A DNA stretch of 64,000 bases from Eledone cirrhosa. Lineage: Eukaryota. The notes beneath the pieces are model-generated. The model worked only from the letters and a program-made list of their open reading frames with translations. It was not told the origin of the DNA and searched no databases. The stretch covers positions 313,844,001-313,908,000 of the forward strand of contig OZ024740.1 of NCBI GenBank assembly GCA_964016885.1, in the 5' to 3' direction. Shown piece by piece: positions 56,972-64,000 of the stretch. The position numbers were made by a program, and so were the translations under genes. The first letter of the stretch is position 1. Each line of letters starts with the position of its first letter.

Positions 56972-57491
56972 TCTAAACTATAATAAAGGAAGGTCTGCGG
57001 GACTGCGTACGGTTATTTTCTTTTTATCCCGCTAGTAAAATAAGTTGGATTACTTTGAATAAATAATGAATGACTATTACATAATTTATCTACCTAATTT
57101 CGTAAAAATAAATAATTTAAAATTGACTTCTTTTCATCAAAGTTGCACTTCCGGTATATTGTTGCCATCACCACCACCACCACTTCAACTACCATATATA
57201 TAGAAAGAGAGAGTGTGTGATGTCAACACTTCCGGTGGCGATCACTTAAATAAACATACTAATTTTCTGTCACTAATTTTCTCCTAATGCAGTTTATATA
57301 TAATATCGTCTTTTCTTAATGTATCATGGATTACGTTACTGATTACATAAGACAGTGTAACAACGTCATCGTTCAATTTCTGTTTATATTGTCAATTACG
57401 ATTTTATTTGATGTATATACTTGCGTATAATATCAATATACACACTACACATGCTAGCAGAAAAACCACCCCGGGGTGGTTTTTCTGCTAG
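56972..57491 (+). mobile_element. Non-autonomous Helitron-like element
   Basis: A|TCtaaactataataaag... and a 3' 38-bp perfect palindrome ending CTAG|T. Confidence 0.55.
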
Positions 57492-57859
57492 TATATATAA
57501 TATAATCATTTTATCTCATATAGTGACAGGTGCAAGGATAACATAATCTCGGCAACACTGACAATATAACATATAACTAAGACGCCAACAGTTCCTATAT
57601 ATTATAGTGTACTATAGGACAAACGTATACATTTTAGCCATCAGTTCATGTGTAAACTACTTAAGATTAAATAAATACCTTAGACAATCCAACGTGTATT
57701 GAATGTGAATTACGTTACACATGCAGTTATGGCTAAACTTTATAGGTTTGTCCTATAGTACACCATAATATGATATACAGTTGGACCATCAGGCTTCCCT
57801 TGCCTATGCGTAACATTATTTTGATATTCTGTTATCAACATATAAAATACGAATATGTG

Positions 57860-58300
57860 TAACCTATATTGGCTTATGCTCCTTCTTAATTCGAAGTAAT
57901 TTTCTCCTCTCTAATGCAAACATTATTTCCTTTAAATACTCTTTTTCTACATACCACACCTGTCCCTTCTGACTTTCACTTGAGGGGGTTTTCACTGGTC
58001 TTTCTATTGACATCAATATCACGTGTTCAAATACCATCCAGCGTCTTATGGTGACGGTATCCCGTAAATTTCTCATCCGCAGCCCTGTTAATGGCCTCCT
58101 GTTTCGTAATGTAGTTACAACAAGTAATTCTAAGTATGGTACTAAAGATTTTGTTGGTCTTTTTCCATGTCTCACAAACATAAGTAACCATTGTCTCTTG
58201 AGTCTCGTATCTGGTCTCGCTCTGGCAACACGAAATCAACAAAAGTGTCTGTGGATGATCATGCCTGTGTATTGAATTCTCTCTTTACCCAGTGGTCCAT
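57860..58300 (-). pseudogene. Possible decayed piggyBac-like transposase C-terminus
   Basis: Weak resemblance to DxRxDGxxH and Cys-rich tail across frameshifts. Confidence 0.25.
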
Positions 58301-59114
58301 TATGAGGATCGTGTAAGGTTTTCGTTAATGCTTTCAGCGATGAACTTTAGGACCTATTCTGAACGTTACTTGGTGCTCTCGGATTCCAGACTCGGAGAGC
58401 TTGAGTCGAGGCGAGGTTATTTGTATTGCGGTAAGGGTACACAAGCATCGTTTATGTTGGACTGAACGACTTTTTACAAACGAATGATTAGACGGTCCCA
58501 AACACTCGCTGTATAGAGACCCCCTATGCAGAAAGTACCCCGAATATAAACCAAACCTACAGTCTAAGGACTGTATAAACTCCACTTTAAAACATATGAA
58601 ATAAATAAGGTCAACGAGGAATGAAATGCTTTTCATGATTATCAATGGAGAAAAATTGGTACTGGATGGTATGGATATATATTTCTTTTTTTTTTTTCTT
58701 TTTTTTCGAAAAAGCATGCATTTCCCATGCGGAATTTAAACAAGCTACATCATAAAATCGAACAATGTGTGAAGTGGATAATATCTTTTTTCCATAGTCG
58801 TACATACATGTATACATGTAGTCGTATATGTTTTTTCATAGTCTCCAGCGAAATCCTAAGTTGATATAAAAAGTTAAATAGAGTATGATCCTGACAATAG
58901 ATTACAAAGTATACAGTATATGTGAGAAGGTTTGCAAATATATTTTTGGATTAAGACAACACTGCGTTTACACACTGATGTGTAAAGCTTTGTTTGTAAA
59001 GTCTGCCAAAAGATTGGCGAACGTAAAGAATCACTGTCGAAAATACGATTCTTTTTCATACTCACTGATGGTCTTTCTCAGATACGAGTGGACAGTGTTC
59101 ATATATGTATATAT

Positions 59115-59443
59115 ATAAATCAGGATGGATTTAGTTTGAAACTGATTAGACGATTACTCATCAGAGTACTCGATACTTAGTAGAGTATGGTTATATTATA
59201 GTCAGGACCCCGACGGCGGAGCTCTTGCCGTTTCAACAGCTAGGTCCAGACTGATTGCCAAAAGACATTGGCAGTTAACTGGGGTTGTTTGTCCAAATAA
59301 GGGCATGGATAAACAATGTATGCCCCTATTTGGACAAACAATTCCTCCTGATGATACAGTCAGTTAACTGCCAATGCCTTTTGGCAATCAGTCTGGAACT
59401 AGCTGTTGAAACGGTAAGAGCTCCGCCGTCGGGATCCTGACTT
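59115..59443. mobile_element. Family B-related fold-back with canonical hammerhead core (59343-59435 +)
   Basis: Arms 59200-59306 / 59320-59443; CTGATGA...GAAA-cgg...ccg-TC-ggg; core deleted in the left arm. Confidence 0.7.
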
Positions 59444-59689
59444 TATATATATATATTGCGTGTGTTATATACGTATTTATGTGTGTATATTTATATACGT
59501 TTAATAATTATATATATACATACACACACACATATATTTTTATATGTGTATTTGGTGTATACGTTCGTATGTGTGCGCGTGTTTATGTGTACGTGCATGC
59601 ATTTGCATGCATGGCGAGTGTTTTCGCGTATGTACGTGTATGTACGTATATAGATGTGTGTATGTATATATTTAATTCTTATTACTTTT

Positions 59690-60040
59690 ATAACCTCTGT
59701 CATTTTCGTTCAAATAATTTATTTACATCATTCTTAACTCCGAAGCCGAGAATGAATATTTGTCTATGACTCCATTTATACCATAAACATGGTTTTGTCT
59801 TTGCGTGTATTTGTTCTCACCGATCCACATAACGACGTATTATCCTTGCTTTTTTTCCGTTCATTGCCAGGAAATGTCTTCACAAACCAAAGTATCGTCT
59901 TCCTGTTTTCCTTCGGTTGCATCGGTTTTCGAAATATTAACTTCTGCGTTCACAGATTTATTTTTTTAGTTTCAGAAGATCCCGTTAAGGGTGAAAGCAG
60001 CGATTCTTTGCTTAAACTTTAATCTGTTATTTTAATAAAT
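59690..60040 (+). mobile_element. Family C copy with hammerhead-like end (59968-60018)
   Basis: Matches 7200-7480. Confidence 0.65.
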
Positions 60041-60199
60041 ATAGATACATATATATGTGTGCGTGCGCGCGCGCGCGCGTGTGTGTGTGTTTGTGTGAGT
60101 GAGCATGTGCATATGTGTACATACATACACATATACATACATATGTCCAGAATGTTAGGTCACAGAAACAATTATAGCTAGTGGTATTCTTCCATATAG

Positions 60200-60450
60200 T
60201 CACTACATTATAGTGTGTCTGATGTCCGCATTATATCAAGAAATACATCGAGATGAGGAATTTCTCGAGAAGAATGACAGTCTATTCTCGACTTCATAAC
60301 ATATATCAACGGCGTGTAGTCGATATGGATCGAGAAAACACGAGTTTCGAGCATGTATATAAAATATTTAACAAGATATGCAGCTAAAGTAATAAACTTC
60401 TTTTCGGTGAACAAAGGTCGTTTTGAGAAAAAAGGTTAGTGGCTAGCAAT
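60200..60450 (-). pseudogene. Gypsy/Ty3 pol RNase H fragment
   Basis: PLTFFSK...LAAYLVKYFIYMLETRVFSIHIDYTPL...SSREIPHLD resembles Ty3 RNase H (LAxxHFRxxLEGRxFxIxTDHKPL). Confidence 0.65.
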
Positions 60451-61086
60451 GGGAAACGTTACTGGTAATTTCACAAATCTGGTGTACTGGCGATGGGTAC
60501 TGATGGTGGGCTGGCAAATTCGTATGAAGATTAATTTCTAAGTGAACTTGCTTCATATAGATTTCTGTCGTCTGTGTATAACAATAACAAAATACAGTGT
60601 TGCATAACATACGATATAGATCGATCGTTGTATGATTCTTACGTAGGCTCCAAATAACAGAACTTTTTTTTGTTGCTTTGTTTTACAGAGCTGCTGTGGG
60701 CAATATCTAAATAGGCGTTTCTTATTTTCTAGATAAAAACATCATTGAGTTATTGATTTACAACAAAGACAAACATTTCCTTTCGAAAAGAGCTAACTGG
60801 AAGACAATTGCTGTTTAATTATGAGAGCGTTTTCAAAATAATTTCAAACGAATTTGCCTGGATAGTAAAACAGGATTTCCGTACTTTAAAACACTAGAAA
60901 TATTCAGTTTTCTTAAGTGTTTAAAGCAGACGACGAATTCTCATGTGAAAACATTCCAATATTGCAAAGCATCAGACGTCGAATGATACCAAAATGATAT
61001 TAAAAAGCTCTGAAACTATTATAAAATACTATTATGTAAAGACGTTATACTATTATGTAAAGTTATACTATTATGTAAAGACGTTG

Positions 61087-61276
61087 GGCGGTGGATTGGC
61101 AGTATCGGTAGAGGGTCGGATGCCATGCTTTCCAGCATAGTTACGTCCCTTTACGATCTGAGTTCAAATCCCGCCGAAGTTGACTTTGCCTTTCATCCTT
61201 ACGGGGTCGATAAAATAAAAGTACCAGTAATGCACTGGGTAATTGCTGGCCTTGTGTCTAAAGTAGAAACAATTAT
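61087..61276 (+). mobile_element. tRNA-derived SINE (short form)
   Basis: Family consensus. Confidence 0.8.
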
Positions 61277-61510
61277 GTAAAGAGATTATTAAAAAGGGAA
61301 TCTGTATGATCAGATGAAGGAAGATACAAAGGATTTCTTCTTTTATGCACACCAGTCTTGAAGCTACAAATTAAAGGGTAGATGGTCCCCAATAAACTAT
61401 CAAAAAGCTCATATACTAACGATCCTTTACAAAGGTGTCTTTTGCTCACAGAGCATTATGAAGGAGTTTTCTTTAAGCCAGGGAGAGAACAAATCGAACG
61501 GGCATGTATA

Positions 61511-62397
61511 CGAGGTGGGTCAGAAACGTTCCAGGACTGATGTCAAAAGGTTTATTTCAAACCCAAACTTCACACTAAGAGTTTTCTCCTTCAAAGTAAT
61601 CCCCCTGGAGTCTAATGCACTTTTCCATTCTTTCCTGCCACGCTTGCATGTATTCCTGGAAGGATTCTTCCGGGATCCTCCGCAGTTCCTTCGTCACGGC
61701 CTTTTTGATGTCGTCCACGTCTTCAAAACGGGTCCCCTCCAGGTCGTACTCGAAGATCCATGACTCATCACCGGTGATGACTGTCCCTAGCAAGTCTGGT
61801 TCGGTTTCAAGACGCTCGAGGATGTCCTGGCACACTTGTATGCGTCGACCCTTCTGGTCATCGTTCAGCAGTTTTGGCACCATATTCGCGCAGACTTTCC
61901 GCATGTCCAAATCTTCAGTGAGAATCTTCCAGACGCTGTCCCGATTCATGCCCAGCTCATTTGCCATCAGTCGAACAGTCAGCTGACGATCGCTACGCAC
62001 CATCTGCCTGACGCGCTCAACGTTGACCTCAGTCCTGGTTGTTGAGGGCCTTCCGCTCCTGGGTTCATCTTCCACGTCCTCTCGTCTTTCTTTAAACCTC
62101 TTGCACCACTCAAAGACACGTGAGCGTGACATCGTCTCATCTCCATACATTTGCTGCAGCAATCCCAGTGCTTCTGACGGAGTTTTCAAGTTTGTTCGTT
62201 GTTCATTGCTTGACGACCTAAAACAGAGGACATGTATATAAAATTATGAAGAAAAAAATTTGATCGCTGCAGAGAGCTAAGATTACAGTTACATACTCCA
62301 GGGGGATTACTTTGAAGGAGAAAACTCTTAGTGTGAAGTTTGGGTTTGAAATAAATCTTTTGTGACATCAGTCCTGGAACTTTTCTGACACACCTCG
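61511..62397 (-). mobile_element. Internally deleted mariner element with ~100-bp TIRs and TA TSD
   Basis: TIRs 61511-61611 / 62295-62397. Confidence 0.9.
61575..62189 (-). CDS. mariner transposase remnant (HTH domains intact, catalytic core deleted in frame)
   Basis: SRSRVFEWCKRFKE, DEPRSGRPST, MVPKLL, ITGDESW, then a jump to GTRFED...GDYFEG; no DNA or YSPDL motifs. Confidence 0.8.
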   Translation of the reverse strand: MKTPSEALGLLQQMYGDETMSRSRVFEWCKRFKERREDVEDEPRSGRPSTTRTEVNVERVRQMVRSDRQLTVRLMANELGMNRDSVWKILTEDLDMRKVCANMVPKLLNDDQKGRRIQVCQDILERLETEPDLLGTVITGDESWIFEYDLEGTRFEDVDDIKKAVTKELRRIPEESFQEYMQAWQERMEKCIRLQGDYFEGENS

Positions 62398-63221
62398 TAT
62401 ATTCTACATTGGATACTTCGTGTGAAGTTTTCAATCAACTCAAACCTATTACAATTATGTTCTTTAATACATCTATGGAGTAATATCTAATGACCGATGT
62501 TTTATAACTATGACTGCCATATTTATATCTTGCGTTTGAAATGCTCTACTGGGTTATTTCCCCTCGGTTATATTATTGAGATACATAAATAACGTCATTA
62601 AATCTCCTTCATTTCTATATATATTGATCTCTCTTCGTTTTGCCAATTGAGTAATATATGTTTCGCTATGGAGGTCAATTAATCCTAAAACATGTCCGTT
62701 GTTATGCGTTCACACAGGCCCAGACACACACACATACGCATATATACATACCCTATATATATATAAATATATATACATGTACTTACAAACTTACAACGAG
62801 CATCCATTGCAACATATTATTATAATTTCAAAATCAGATAGGCCAACATTAGGTGATAACATTATAATTATTTATAGAATCTCATACAAAACAAGGGAAG
62901 TAATTATGAAGGATTTGTTAATATCGAAATATAGATCAAGAATTAATACACAAGTACAGCATACGTGAAATCAATCATCAAAGCTGCCCAGTTTCAACTG
63001 TTGAACAATTTTAAATCAGGCGTCCATGATTTCCTACCATTTCCATGCTTCTTTACGACTTCAGCTAAGCACTTGATATGCATGCATGGTCCCATAACTC
63101 CTGGGGAAGTCGTTGGTCAGCCGTATAGACATATGGCGTTTCTACTGCATTGTTAAACCTGGCGGAGCCAATCTTTTCTCCATGTGTCAATGCAGCAGAT
63201 TTCTTCCAGAGAAGAATAGAG

Positions 63222-63416
63222 AGCAAAATTGTGGGAGTGAGAAAAAGATATATAGGAAGAATCGACTGCAGTACTACACTGGTATTTTTTTAATCGACCT
63301 TGAATGGTCGGCAAAGTTGACTTTGGCGGTATTTGAACTCAAGAGAGCAGAGAGTAGAAACAAATACCGCAAAACATTCTACACGACGTTCTAATGACTC
63401 TGCCAATTCACCGCCT
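63222..63416 (-). mobile_element. tRNA-derived SINE (degenerate)
   Basis: ggcaaagttgactttggcggtatttgaactca...ctgccaattcaccgcc. Confidence 0.6.
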
Positions 63417-64000
63417 AAGCACATGATAGCCATCGATAAAAACAAACTTGCTAATCACCAAATTGGACCAAGAAATGTCGATTATTTCTTACCAATCTCT
63501 GGAAGAGGTTTCCAGTAGCTGAGCTAAAACGTCAAAGTGTTATCTTCTCATGCGGCATGGTGTTGTTGTTAAAGCAATGTACAGAGATATCTCTAGGAAA
63601 TTAAAGCCCTGGGATACATTTAAATTTCAGTACATTCATACATTCAAACGTAAGGAATACTGATAGAATGGTCTCGCCAAAACTTCCATTAACTGCAGGC
63701 ATAACTGGCCACATTTAGTTATTTGAGACAGAAAACAAAACTATGTCCTACTGTAGAGACCAACTGTCCATCAGATGCGAACATTTCATTTAAAATTAGT
63801 GAGAAAGGATATATGTATAGTCAACTCTTCGAAACAACTTTATTCAGATAATAAATATAAATTTGTACCATTGATTTTTGTTACACATCGTTATAGTACT
63901 AAGTCTTTATGTAACAACCTAGTCAGTGGAGGCATGTGGCTTAGCATTTAGGATATGCGTAAGTTCGATTCCCGGCGTCACTATGTGCCCTTGAGAAATT

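Noticed and set aside
60660-60820. Strong splice acceptor and possible host exon (also a 33-nt candidate at ~45714-45746)
   Set aside because: No recognisable protein or partner exons; needs RNA-seq

Overview
AT-rich eukaryotic intergenic or intronic DNA with no recognisable host gene. The (TA)n/(CA)n density, tRNA-derived SINEs and R4/Dong LINEs suggest an octopus or other coleoid cephalopod (inference). The window is a mosaic of transposons. The largest is a young Penelope-like element (PLE) with an intact but 5'-truncated RT + GIY-YIG frame (38460-40052), flanked by a near-identical 4.15-kb inverted repeat with a hammerhead ribozyme near each outer end. At least six small non-coding families also carry type I hammerheads and sit in (TA)n tracts as fold-backs or tandem, retrozyme-like monomers. 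Other elements: R4/Dong-type RLE LINEs in (TAA)n and (TACA)n, mariner/Tc1 MITEs, Helitrons, many SINEs and a compound satellite. The most striking observation is one copy of a hammerhead family (52.6-53.8 kb) with dense, strand-specific A->G changes in ADAR-like context, apparently a hyper-edited RNA that was reverse-transcribed back into the genome. All coordinates and counts were made by eye and may be off by a few bases. Most ORFs in the supplied track are microsatellite artefacts.
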